64,000 nt of DNA from Eledone cirrhosa (lineage: Eukaryota), in contig OZ024747.1 of assembly GCA_964016885.1 (NCBI GenBank), positions 54,808,001 to 54,872,000 on the forward strand, given 5' to 3'. The notes beneath the pieces were generated by a model. The model did no database searches and was not told the origin of the DNA. It worked only from the letters and a program-made list of their open reading frames with translations. The position numbers and the translations under genes are program-made. Below are positions 13,495 through 27,165 of the stretch, piece after piece (position 1 is the stretch's first letter; each line of letters opens with the position of its first letter).

Positions 13495-13537
13495 TTAATA
13501 ATGATAATAGTAATCGTTATCATCAACATCAACACAG

Positions 13538-13578
<41 letters not shown>

Positions 13579-13592
13579 GTTCTCATCATCAT
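13425..13592. repeat. (AAT)n/(CAT)n microsatellites
   Basis: Direct reading. Confidence 0.95.
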
Positions 13593-13919
13593 TAATGACT
13601 GTAGCGTTCACTTTATCATACAACAATAAATAGCAACATAAAATGTTTACCGAACTGAGAACAAGATAGAAGAGGGTAAATAAGAAAAATAATGTGAAAA
13701 ATGTGTTTCTTCGTCCACGTAAAAGCTGCTAGTGCCAATTAGAATTGGCACCCATCTGATGATAGAACCAATATATAGACGGTAGTTGTCATACAACGTT
13801 AGTCTTCAACTGAAAACATCTTATTTCTAATAGGAAGTGATGGTTTACCTTACGCCCCTCTCTCATTGGCTCACTCCCTCCTTCCGTCGCTTATACAATA
13901 GTATGAGAAAGAGAGAGTG

Positions 13920-14298
<379 letters not shown>

Positions 14299-14299
14299 T

Positions 14300-15237
14300 C
14301 TTTATTTGCCACGAGAGCGTACAAAAACGATACATTACAAGACGTGTTGGCGGGTATTTTACATAAAATCTTTAACAATGATGAATAACAATAAATTATA
14401 CATAAAATAAAATCCCCATTATACTGCGGGATTGTTTTACATCCCGTGGATAGAACAACCCTCAACACCAGGAACACGTTTTGTAGGTGTTCCCGTCTCC
14501 CTCTGTTTATCTTCCTCAACCTTCCTCGTTTTTATACAGAGAAGGCCCATTCACTCGGGCCCTTTTCGCCACATTCACCCACATTCAGCCACCTTTCAGC
14601 GAATTTACTGGGGTGTAGCACCTCTCTTTCTCCACTTTCCCCTTCCTTCTGAAGTGATACTTAAAGAAGGAGATGAGTTGTTGTCCAGAGAGAAAGGTGT
14701 TTGCCCTCGGTCCTTTTAACCACGTCCACCATATTACCTCTTTCGCCATAGTCACCTGACAGAAGAAAACCGCCTCTACTTCATTCTTAAATGAAGTCGG
14801 CGGGGTGATCCTTACGATGGATTCGGTGACAACTGGATGGGTCCCACACGTGACAGTAGCTGTTCGACAAAATTCCACAGGTCGGTCACCCCTGGGCACT
14901 GAACAACTGCGTGCAGAACGGTTTCGATGTTGCTCGCATATTGGACAGTTCTTTTTGGCAGGATCTCTCCCAGGGCGTCCGTGCCTGTAGATTTTGTCTC
15001 GAAGTGGTAGAGCTCCTCTGTAGCACTGCCAAACCAGAGACCTCTGAAAGTTATCCATAGGCCCTGGACGGAAAGCCCTGCCGAAGAGACTGGTCAGTTC
15101 GTCCTCCTCGATGACTAGAGTCTCTCCGAGAACGTCGTCGCAATTATACTCCACTAATCCCCTATAGAATGTTGAAGTGGAGTCTCCGTTGATTGCCGTT
15201 TCCGCCTGGTAGAGGGCCGTGAGTGCCTGAAGGCACT
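14300..15237 (-). mobile_element. 5'-truncated L1/Tx1-clade LINE (C-terminal zf-RVT region and 3' UTR) in a (GATA)n tract
   Basis: ORF 14585-15154 contains LVWQCYRGALPLRDKI..CPICEQ, with a frameshifted ETxxH..C, and AKEVIWWTW. (GATA)n lies on both sides. Confidence 0.8.
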
Positions 15238-15414
15238 CGATAGGTAGATAGATAGATAGATAGGTAAGTAGATAGAGAGATCGATATATAGACAGATATA
15301 GACGTGTGCCTGTTTATGCATGTGTACGTTTCTGTATGTATGTATATGTATTTGCGTGTCTGAATATGTATATATGCAAATATTCAACATCGTTATATAT
15401 ATATATATATTTAA

Positions 15415-15730
15415 TAAATAAATACACTATCGGAGAAAGCTTTTTAGCGATACTCCGGGCAAATTCCAACTCACTCAACAAACATTAGGAAATAAGTGAT
15501 TATATTCCCAATTATGCGTTCGGGGTGCTGACTAAAAGTATTGCGTGGAAAATTGGCTGTATTATTTCATATGAGACATATCTAATATATCTCTTCCCTG
15601 ACGGACGTCTCGTTTCATTATAGGATTCCTACAATTTGGGTGAAATTATACCAATTTATGTAGGAGCTTGTACACCATCAATAGCTATATATTCAAGTGG
15701 GCTCCTATAATTCATCAGTGGGTTCCCCAC
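15415..15730 (-). mobile_element. (TA)n-embedded element with extended-stem-II HHR, copy A
   Basis: Homologous to 10432-10746, and in reverse orientation to 43238-43403. Confidence 0.8.
15596..15722 (-). ncRNA. Type I hammerhead ribozyme with ~95-nt stem II domain
   Basis: CCCA-CTGATGA-ATTATAGGA..(77 nt)..TCCTATAAT-GAAAC-GAGACGTCC-GTC-AGGG. The 9-bp stem II base is perfect and the cleavage triplet is GUC. Confidence 0.8.
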
Positions 15731-15777
15731 TATATAGATATATAGATAGATAGGCAGATATATGTATATATATATAT

Positions 15778-16522
15778 ATGGTGATGACTTCGCTTAATAT
15801 GATTTTTGCGAAAACAGTTCCTATAACTGTCTACGTATTTTCAGGCAGTTGCCCAATATAGGTTTGTCATTATTTTTCTTAATTTACCACTTTAAATTAA
15901 GTCTGGCAAACCATATTGCTGTAGTTAGGATTTTTACACCCTAACTAACCTGGTCCTTACAATTCAGAAACATATATGTTAATATTAGTGTTCATCTCCC
16001 TTGTATATTCAATTATATTACACGGCTCGGAAAAGCCTTGTTTCTTAGAGCTATTTAATTGTAAGAGACTACTTTGAGTTTCTAACTCAGTATATATTTG
16101 TCGGCTCCATCATATAGAGCTAATTTTAATGTCGTGTTAACCAGGCTGATATTTTTAGCGGCAGAGGTTTTCGAGACAAGCTAGGCTCCGAAGACATGTG
16201 CGTTATTTCATATTGCACACAATTCAGTCTCCTAATATTTTTAGAAGTGGAAGGATCGGTAATTTCTTGACATCTACTGATGAGCAGAGAAATGGTGATG
16301 ACTTCGCTTAATATGATGTTTGCAAAACAGTTGCTATAACTGTCTAGGTGTTTTCAGACAGTTGCCCAAAATAGGTTTTTTATTATTTTTATTAATTTAC
16401 TACTTTAAATTAAGTCTGGCAAACCATATTGCTGTAGTTTCTATTTTTTCACCCTAGTTAACCTGGTCTTCGGCCACATGTATGTTCATATTAGTGTTCA
16501 TCTCCCTTGTATATTTAATTAT
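15778..16522 (+). mobile_element. Non-autonomous retrozyme/pLTR-like element with two ~235-bp direct repeats, each carrying an HHR cleavage region
   Basis: 15778-16018 resembles 16292-16522. HHR at 16274-16347: CTA-CTGATGA-GCAGA..TTTGC-AAAACAGTT-GCTAT-AACTGTC-TAG. TA-rich microsatellite lies on both sides. Confidence 0.75.
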
Positions 16523-16621
16523 ATATATATATATATAAAGAATATTTGATGAAAGAGAGAAAGGGTGAGCTTCGGCAGGTTACATAGTTTGAGATTCAGA
16601 TGTGTGTGAGAGATCTTGTGA

Positions 16622-16623
16622 AT

Positions 16624-16711
<88 letters not shown>

Positions 16712-16908
16712 ACGCGTGTGTGTGTGTGTGTATACGAACGTGTGTTAGAATATGTAAACTGAAGAGATGGAAGAAAGAGAGGTGGAGAAAGAAAGGCCGG
16801 GTAAGAGGGAGATACATTTAGTGAGATTGAGAAACAGTGTAACAGACACTGAGAGAGACTTATATAAACACATTTGGTGATAGACAAGTTCCAAAAGCTA
16901 CATATTGT

Positions 16909-16942
<34 letters not shown>

Positions 16943-17186
16943 GCTGCTACTACTACTGTTGCTGCTGCTGCTCTTACTACTACTACTGATGCTGCTGTTG
17001 CTGCTCTTACTACTACTACTACTACAACAACTGCTGCTCCTACTACTACTACCACTACTACTACTACTATTACTACTACTATTACTACTACTACTACTAC
17101 TACTATTACTACTACTACTACTACTACTACTAATGCTGCTCTGCTAATACTACTGATACTACTACTACTACAACTGCTGCTCATAT

Positions 17187-17252
<66 letters not shown>

Positions 17253-17280
17253 GACTACTACTACTACTACTGCTGCTGCT
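16622..17280. repeat. (TG)n and (CTA/CTG)n microsatellites
   Basis: Direct reading. Confidence 0.95.
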
Positions 17281-17396
17281 GGACGTACCAACTGTGATGT
17301 AACAACGAGTCACTTGGTGTTTAGTGTATATTACCACCATTTAATGTTCAAGGAACCATAACCTCTAGCCGGCATTGTCCTAGCCTTGGCTCTCGT

Positions 17397-18162
17397 AGCC
17401 ACAACAAACATACCCTGAATTCATTTCTTCCTCCAAAGCCACAACAAACATACCCTGAATTCATTTCTTCCTCCAAAGCCACAACAAACATACCCTCAAT
17501 TCATTTCTTCCTCCAAAGCCACAACAAACATACCCTGAATTCATTTCTTCCTCCAAAGCCACAACAAACATACCCTGAATTCATTTCTTCCTCCAAAGCC
17601 ACAACAAACATACCCTGAATTCATTTCTTCCTCCAAAGCCACAACAAACATACCCTGAATTCATTTCTTCCTCCAAAGCCACAACAAACATACCCTGAAT
17701 TCATTTCTTCCTCCAAAGCCACAACAAACATACCCTGAATTCATTTCTTCCTCCAAAGCCACAACAAACATACCCTGAATTCATTTCTTCCTCCAAAGCC
17801 ACAACAAACATACCCTGAATTCATTTCTTCCTCCAAAGCCACAACAAACATACCCTGAATTCATTTCTTTCTCCAAAGCCACAACAAACATACCCTGAAT
17901 TCATTTCTTCCTCCAAAGCCACAACAAACATACCCTGAATTCATTTCTTCCTCCAAAGCCACAACAAACATACCCTGAATTCATTTCTTCCTCCAAAGCC
18001 ACAACAAACATACCCTGAATTCATTTCTTCCTCCAAAGCCACAACAAACATACCCTGAATTCATTTCTTCCTCCAAAGCCACAACAAACATACCCTGAAT
18101 TCATTTCTTCCTCCAAAGCCACAACAAACATACCCTGAATTCATTTCTTCCTCCAAAGCCAC
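17397..18162. repeat. 40-bp minisatellite, 19 nearly identical units
   Basis: ACAACAAACATACCCTGAATTCATTTCTTCCTCCAAAGCC x19 (17401-18160). I saw two substitutions. Confidence 0.98.
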
Positions 18163-18401
18163 CCGGTAGCTTTGATTGCGGATCCACTCGCAAATTGAAT
18201 GTCACTCTTCATCGCTATTTCTCTAAAGACCAATTGTTACGAACTTCAAACTCTGCTCAAGTCACGCGGATTGAATGGCACTCTACTTCACTATTTCTAT
18301 GGTTGAGAAACTTATTTATTCCTAGACAACACCCCTCAAAATGTACTATCGTTGTATGTTAACATATATATATTAATGTCAATATGTTATTAGTCATTAA
18401 C

Positions 18402-18625
18402 GGCGGAGGTTTGCCAGTATCTGCAGAGTGTCACACAACATACTTTATAGTATAGGGTCATGACCCTTTACGATTTGAGTTCAAATCCTGCCATGGTTAG
18501 CTTTGCATTTCATTTTTACAGGATCGATAAAATATAGTACCAGTAATGCACTGGTGTCGACTTAATCGACTTTCTTCTCCCACCAAATTGTTGGCCTTGT
18601 GCCTAAATCAGAAACAAATTTTTTA
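18402..18625 (+). mobile_element. tRNA-derived SINE, diverged
   Basis: GGCGG head, B-box GAGTTCAAATC, GATCGATAAAATATAGTACCAG core and GGCCTTGTGCC tail. Confidence 0.85.
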
Positions 18626-18984
18626 TTAGACTATATTTGAGATTTCAATTTAAATGATATATTTGAAATACTGACTAGCCTTCAATGTAATGTTCTACAA
18701 CAGAGATACTTCTTTGTAAACTTACGACATGTCAACTGTTTACAATAGCTTTGTAATTTCAAATTATTTATTTTTAACGCAGTATAATTAATATGAAGCA
18801 TTGTGATGTATATAATAAACCATAGAAATTTCAGACTTTCTGAATTTCTTATCTCTTATTACATATTTATATGTATCTGTTCACCCGTTGATTAAACCAT
18901 TGCATCGGTATATAATAGTATCACTGTAAAACTGCTAGAAAGACAGTTGTATATACAGGATGAACTATACCATAATACGTCAAA

Positions 18985-19039
<55 letters not shown>

Positions 19040-19522
19040 GTATATGTTGGTTGTATACCAACAACTCAGTATGCAGATTGGAGCACTCGACGAAGTGCGC
19101 AGGTTGGTTTGGTTACTCCGGAGTAATGTAAAATAAAATAATATTTTATTTTATTTTATTTCATATATATATATATGTGTGTGTTTGTGTGTGTATATAT
19201 ATAAGTGTGTGTGGGTGTATATGTGTGTATATATATTTAAGTATGTATGTGTGTGTGTGTGTTTATGTGTGTGTGTGTGTATGTGTGTTTGTGTGTGTGT
19301 GTGTGTGTGTGAATGTGTATGTCACTGTGTCTATGTCCGGTAACCCAGCGGGTCGACACAAATACATCAAAGAAGAAGTAGAAAACAGACTTGTAAAAAG
19401 TATCTATTGGGCGTGATGTGGTCAATGAAGTCCTTTTACGGTTGAGACCCAGCATGGTCGCAGTCATGTGCATGAAACAAAATAATAGAGGTCATCACCA
19501 ACATGATTATAATATTAACGTC

Positions 19523-19743
19523 AGCGGTGGATTGGCAGTATTGATAGCGGGTCGGACGCCATGCTTTGCAGCATAGAGTTACGGCCCTTTATGGTCTGAG
19601 TTCAAATCCGTCCATGGTTAACTTTGCCTTTCATCCTTACGGGGTCGATAAAATATAGTACCAGTCACGCACTGGGGTCGATTTAATCGACTTTCTCCTC
19701 CCCCACAATTGCTGGCCTTGTGCCTATATAAGAAACCAATATT
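19523..19743 (+). mobile_element. Full-length tRNA-derived SINE
   Basis: A-box-like TGGCAGTATTGA, B-box GAGTTCAAATCC, core TTTGCCTTTCATCCTTACGGGGTCGATAAA. Confidence 0.92.
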
Positions 19744-20826
19744 AACGTCTGGCTGTTTTTGAAACACACACCACCACCATAACATTATTATCAACGCTAC
19801 GCCACCATTATCATTCTCCTATGTGTTTTATTTTTATCACCACTACTACTAACAACAACACCATCACCAAATACCCTACCACGAATATCACCAGGATTCT
19901 CCCCACAAGCATCACTCTACATAAATAGCAGCAATAGCAGCACGATATACCACCACCACCAACACCACTATGAACACCACCATCAAAACCTCCACCATCC
20001 ACCACCAGAAGAAACATACTCCGTATCCAACATCACCAGGATTCTCACCACAACCATCACTAACTTAACAAGCCACACCACCACCACAACAAGAAGGCGA
20101 CCACTATCAACACCATCATCAAAGTCCCCACCTACCACAACCAATACAACCACTAATATTAGCCATCGTCACGACTAGCGTCACCACCACCACCGCCAGC
20201 ACCACCACCACCACGATTACAACAACAACCAGCAGCATCACCGCTACCAACAGTCATCACCACCACTACCACCACCACCACCACCACCACCACCACCACC
20301 ACCACCACCACCACCACCACAGCTACAACGACAAGCAGCAGCATCGCTGCCATAAACCAGTCATCAACACCACCTCTCTCAACACCAGAAGCACCAGAAG
20401 CACCAGATCCACCATCACCACAAGATACATCATAGCGCCACCACCACGATTACAACCACAATCAGCAACATCACCGCCACCAACAGTCATCACCACCGCC
20501 TCCATCAACACCATCACCACCATCACCACCACAATTAGTATTACGTATTGTCCGGACGTTGATAAGGCTGGTGAGATATAGTTATACTTGGCCCGCTATT
20601 CAATTTCTACAAAGCAAGCCAATTAGATTACATAACGTTGTACTGACTGACCAGAGCAAGTTTGGGAGACATTTTTACTTAAATCTAATATGTCTGCCGT
20701 ACCAACAGACATATTTACATATGAACCGACCAATGTTGCCTCTGTTTATTGTTTCGGTAGATACACAGTTTGATAAAATAATAAATAATAACATGGACGT
20801 ACGTTTAGATTACATAAACACACACA

Positions 20827-20874
<48 letters not shown>

Positions 20875-20920
20875 CATAAATGCATATATATATATATATG
20901 TGTGTGTACACATACCTACA

Positions 20921-20971
<51 letters not shown>

Positions 20972-20978
20972 GCATACA

Positions 20979-21021
<43 letters not shown>

Positions 21022-21190
21022 TGATATTATATACTCGACTCTAACTGATAAGTACATTAGACTGTGTATTTATCACACAATGGATGGATATATCTTTTAT
21101 TCTTATTTAGTTTCTTTAGTACATATCATCGATAAGAAGTACCGAGAGGGTGGGATGAGGTAGGAGAGTGTAGGCAGGAGGAAGTGGGAG

Positions 21191-21344
21191 AGAAGAAGAA
21201 GAAGAAGAAGAAGAAGAAGAAGAAGAAGAAGAAGAAGAAGAAGAAGAAGAAGAAGAAGAAGAAGAAGAAGAAGAAGAAGAAGAAGAAGAAGAAGAAGAAG
21301 AAGAAGAAGAAGAAGAAGAAGAAGAAGAAGAAGAAGAAGAAGAA
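21191..21344. repeat. (GAA)n microsatellite
   Basis: Direct reading. Its upstream flank is shared with the 11530 tract. Confidence 0.97.
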
Positions 21345-21589
21345 AGGGCAAAAATAGGCGAAAATAGGCGAAAATATTTGTTCGTAAGGATCCAATATGG
21401 AGGTTGAATTCAGAGTGAAATAATATATGGAATGAAATCTCGAAAGACAAGAAGAAAATAGAAAGATGATATACCAATGTTAAGAAAGTTAAAAGTAACT
21501 GCAAACATTGCTGGAACAACAAATGGAGCTAAAAGAAAACAAAGATATAACCGAATATATATATAACAAACATTGAGAATAATGGATTA

Positions 21590-22129
<540 letters not shown>

Positions 22130-23465
22130 CTGGTTGGAAATTATTGTGAAAAAAGCAAGGTGTTAGATTATTAGGAGAGAGATTATGTAGGAGGGACAAA
22201 TTTACACCTTAATATTCTAAAAGTATGAACGTAAACGGGGATAGCAATAATATCGTCAAGTTAATAACAGGACGAATATTATCAACTGTGAAAGAGTAAA
22301 ATACATAATATGAAATAAAAAAAGAATCAGTTGATAAGAAGGTAATGAGTAGAAAAATACGAACACCACTATCGAAAAAAATCAACACCAAAATAACAGA
22401 AGCGTGAGATATTTAGTGTAAAGAACAAAATAATGAAACTAACAGTAACAAAAACATATATTAATAAAGTAGAAAATATGTAATGACTAAAAAGATAGGA
22501 ACACCATCATGAAAAAAATATTAGAAACGTGAGAGATTTACCGTAAATAATAAATTAATACAACAAAAAATACATTATTAAAAATTCTGTTTGCACCTAG
22601 TAAAACATTGGCAGAGCCAGCACCTGACAATTGCAATATCAGTGTCTTTAGTATTGTAGAGGCCAATAAAAAATAATTTGGTATGGAAAATATAGAAAAC
22701 TCTCAAAGATTTTTATTGTCAACACTCCTATAAACAGAACAGGGTAGTATACGATATATCAAAGAATGACATATAAAGTATTATTAAGAGTTGGTCTGAA
22801 TTTTAGAAATAACTTAAGTTTTTACACGGTGCATAACTTCATACAGCCTTTTGAAATATATCTGCCGTTCGTAGTTGAAAAATTATTTTAATCACACTGT
22901 TGTGTGTATATTTAGGCGGTTGATCTAAACGAAGAGTTGTATTGATTGGTTAGCATATGAGACTGAAGTCTTAGAATGAGTGTGTGTCAGAGATCCTCTT
23001 TGTCTCTCAAATATCTTATATTAAAAACCATAAGATCAAATGCGCTGTCCAGTAATATGCTCTACCGGGCAGGGACTGAAGTCTACTACGAGTTCTGCGC
23101 ACCCCCCTTCCTGTCCCCATTGAACTCCCGAGCACGTCCAGCACACTTTCGTTTCGGTCCATCAAATACCGAATCGGGGTTTTGTTGCCGTGATGCGCCT
23201 TTGCCACGTGGGCCCATCAAGCAGCTTTCGGGCCCTCGTTTCTTAAAGCACGCACCTTAGTTTTGACAATACAACTTTCCTGTTTCGCGTAGTAGAAATT
23301 GTCTAATGCCATTCTCGCCGCGAGCACGTCAGATGCAATGCCATTTCTAATTTGGCTACCATCTCCCCATCCTTTATATACCTTTTCTAACGCTACTTCT
23401 TTACTAAAAACTATTGAAAGTACACTAATCTGTCACTCTCTCCCGATCTTTCTCTCCCTCTCACT

Positions 23466-23496
<31 letters not shown>

Positions 23497-23682
23497 ATTC
23501 TCACACCCCCTAACCACCTGTTGTTGAAGACACAACTAACTTGTCCAGATTTGTAACTCGGAGGGGAGCATTTCAGATAAATATCCCATAGTTGTTTCTG
23601 ACTGAATCAGGTTTTTAACTTTATAGATACACACAGACTTACATACACACAAACAGAAACACACACGCGCACGCCAGCGCGC

Positions 23683-23975
23683 TTTAATCTGTTTTTTTAA
23701 TAAAAATTTGCCCTACGATTTTTATATATATTATATATATATCATTCTTATCGAGCCCTCTTCGGATTTTAGTCTTCATATTTATTATTATTAATATTAT
23801 ATATATATATAGTAATAATAATAAATTTGAAGACTAAAATCCAAAGAGGGCTCGATAAGGATAAATATATAACAAATATATAAAAACCGTAGAGCAAATA
23901 TTTATTAAAATAACAGATTGAAGTTTAAGCAAATAATCGCTGCTTACCCCCTTAACGGGATCTTCTGAAACTAAT
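23683..23975. mobile_element. Tail-to-tail pair of a repeat family around (TA)n
   Basis: 23683-23792 is inverted relative to 23811-23922. The same family occurs at 44538-44822 and 62386-62560, and a terminus at 36128-36153. Confidence 0.8.
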
Positions 23976-23987
23976 ATATAAATATTA

Positions 23988-24160
23988 GAGGGTCGGACGC
24001 CATTCTTTGCAGCATAGAGTTACGACGCTTTATGATCTGATTTCAAATCCCGCCGAGGTTAACTTTGCCTTTCATCCTTACAGGGTCGCACTGGAGTCGA
24101 TTTAATCGACTTTCCTCTCACTCAAAATTGCTGGCCTTTTGCCTCTTTAAGAAACCATTA
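23988..24160 (+). mobile_element. tRNA-derived SINE with internal deletion
   Basis: GAGGGTCGGACGCCAT..TTCAAATCCCGCCGAGGTTAACTTTGCC..GCTGGCC. Confidence 0.85.
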
Positions 24161-24172
24161 TATATATATATT

Positions 24173-25275
24173 CTAGGGCGGGTAAAATTCCCGAGATCCA
24201 TGGACACGTTCTCTCCAGCGGTCTCTGTGCTTCATTATCGCTGCCTTGTCCTGCGTCTCCAACAGAGCAGTGTCTGTCCTTAGGGCATCAACACACGTTA
24301 ACCTTGGTCTTTCTCTTCCAGTGTGTCCATGTAGGTGCTCCCACAGGAGCACTGAGTGCAATGTCAACTCTGGAGGTCGGTGAGCATGTCCAGCTAACCT
24401 CAATCTCCCCTGTGTCACTTTTAAGCTGACTTTTGGGAGGCTCCCATACAGCTCTGAGTTTTTCATTCTAAGTGTATACTGATTAATGTTCAGAGCCATC
24501 CTCATGTAGCACCCATCCATCATCAGAGTGAGTTTCTTGGTCAGTGTCCAAGTCTCAGACCCGTACAACAGCACAGACTCCACTACAGCAATGAAGAGGC
24601 GGATTTTCAGGTCTTTAAGAAGGTCCGACTTCCACACCGATCTCAACTACATCATCTTCCGTATTCCCAATATTTGCTCCCAAATACAGGAATCCCTCAA
24701 CCAATTCTAGCGGCTTCCCGCCTACATTAGTGATCCGCTCTGGCTTCTCAACATTCTATACCAGATATTTTGTTTTAGTCTCATTCATTCTCAGCCCCAC
24801 ACTCATTGACACAGTCTCAACCTCCCGCATCAAATCCTCTGGCTCCTTCACTGTCTTTGTCACCAAAACTATGTCGTTGGTAAATTCAACATCTGATATC
24901 TTTTCCGCCTCAACTCTGCTGCTCTGAGCCGGTGCTACAGTAAAGCCAGAGTCCTGGTGTTTCTCCAGTGCAAGGCGAATACAATAGTCCTCTACGATGA
25001 TAAAAAGTTAGGGAGCCAAAGTATCTCCCTGGAGTACTCCAGCCAGTATCTCAAATAACTGTGTCATCCCATCAGGTGTAATGACTTGGGCTTTGGTGTT
25101 GGTGTAGAGCAGTGATATCAGGTCCACTATACTCTTGGGGATTCCATAAGCCTGGAAGGTCTTAATCAGGCAGTGACGGTCCACAGAATCAAAGGCCTTC
25201 CTAAAATCAATGAAAACCATGACCGCAGGATGGCACATTGCTCTAGCTCTCTCTAATATCCTCCTCAGCCACACG
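24173..25275 (-). pseudogene. 5'-truncated RTE/RTE-X-like LINE reverse transcriptase
   Basis: FIDFRKAFDSVDR, GVLQGDTLAP, VESVLLYGSETWTLT and RLRLAGH motifs, interrupted by stops and deletions. Confidence 0.92.
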
Positions 25276-25295
25276 ATATATATATATATATATAT

Positions 25296-25530
25296 ATATT
25301 GTTATGCTTTGGGAGGGTCATGTTGCCAATAACAAACACAGGCATCAGTTGCTTTCACTCCAATTTATTATAAATTAAATTTATAAATTTAATTTATAAT
25401 AAATTGGAGTGAAAGCAACTGGTTCGTGTGTTTCTTATTGGCAACATGACCCTCCCAAAGCATAACAATATCGGTTTCAACACACGTTTTCAGATAAAGA
25501 ATCTTGCTAAACAAATTCAGAAACGAAATA
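25296..25530. mobile_element. Foldback element in (TA)n, same family as 42275-42833
   Basis: Palindrome 25296-25471 centred on AAATTTATAAATTT, plus a unique tail to ~25530. Confidence 0.85.
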
Positions 25531-25553
25531 TTTATATATATGTGTATATTATA

Positions 25554-25622
<69 letters not shown>

Positions 25623-25801
25623 CAGCAGCAGCAGTAGTAGTAATAGTTCCACAAGAGGAGTCGATGCCCAGTTGGCGGCGGGGAGACAACCCGCAAGATG
25701 GATTGTCGCTGATCTCTGTCCTCTGCGACATTTTTGCACAACGTTGTTATTGACAGCATAAAATCTCGCGTCATCTCGATCAGGGACAACATTGTTTTAA
25801 T

Positions 25802-25914
<113 letters not shown>

Positions 25915-25926
25915 TATATATAAATA

Positions 25927-26815
25927 TATATTGTTATACTTGGGGAGGGTCATATTTGTGTAATATTGCCAGAATTAATAACAGAACACACTCACTGTTT
26001 GGTTGGTTTTCGCTTTTCGCTTCTGTGTCTTTTATATCAGTAATTTAATGTATTCGGTCCTCAATGTTGCCATTGACTGACCAACGGTCAAAAATAATAC
26101 AGATACAATATAGACACAAACACATATATATAGTTTATCAAAGGTCTTTCGTTGCACATCTGCAACATCGTCAGTGGTGCTATTGCTTCCTCCCGTTACA
26201 TTGTATTTTCTTCGCCATCTTTATTTAGTCTGTTTATATATTTATTTATTCGTTTATTTTATTTTGTCTTCTTTGCGCATGCGTTTGCGTGTGCGTATAG
26301 TGTTTTGTTTGATGTGTGTTCGTGATTGTGTGACTGTGTATTGGTTAATGCATTCTATCTTTACTAGCGTGTGTTTATATGTGTTTGTTGTTATTGTGCT
26401 TGAATATGTATTTATTTATTTATTTATCTATTTATTTATTTATGTATACTTCTCTTAGGTCAGTGTTGTTTGTTTGGGTGTTGTTGTTATTCCATTTATT
26501 CTTTCTGTTTCGCCTTGGCCTTCTAAGTTCTATTTCACTGGCCTCTCTGATTTGCCTATCTGCTGGGTCATTTCTATGTTTAGATATTATTCTAATTTCT
26601 ATGTTGTCTAGTCAATGGCAACATTGGGGACAGAATATATTAGATTACCGATATAAAAGACACAGAAGCGAAAAGTGAAAACCAACCAAACAGTGAGTGT
26701 GTTCTGTTATTAATACTGGCAATATTACACAAATATGACCCTCCCCAAGTATAACAATATTTGTTTCGACACACGATTTCATATCAAAAACCTCGCAAAA
26801 CTAATTCACCGCCGT

Positions 26816-26818
<3 letters not shown>
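25927..26818. mobile_element. Element with ~120-bp inverted arms in (TA)n, a diverged relative of 25296 and 42275
   Basis: 25927-26046 is inverted at 26642-26760. It shares the TTGTTAT..GGGAGGGTCAT terminus and the GTTTC(G/A)ACACACG tail. Confidence 0.85.
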
Positions 26819-26847
<29 letters not shown>

Positions 26848-26863
26848 CATGCACACACACACA

Positions 26864-26923
<60 letters not shown>

Positions 26924-27112
26924 GATATTAACAAATGGAAACTATATTTATAAAACCATATTTATTTCATTATGCATATTTCAAGGACAACAAGTTAAAT
27001 TATGGTGTGCTTTCATTAGATAAAATATAATATAGAGCAGTTTTATAAGTAAATATTGACATACCCTTAAAGAATACAACCATTACTGTTGGAAGCTCCC
27101 GGATAGAACTTT

Positions 27113-27165
<53 letters not shown>

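Noticed and set aside
19523-19620. tRNA genes
   Set aside because: The A/B boxes belong to SINE heads followed by the SINE core. No cloverleaf can be formed.
25458-25495. HHR on the minus strand of the 25296/26760/42760 family tail (CTGAAAA..GAAAC..GTT)
   Set aside because: The core deviates, there is no convincing stem II, and it appears antisense to the inferred element orientation.
25927-26760. Classical MITE or DNA transposon with TIRs
   Set aside because: One arm extends asymmetrically past the repeat, arm lengths differ among relatives, and a relative at 42275 contains Penelope-like coding sequence. These favour a retro-derived inversion.
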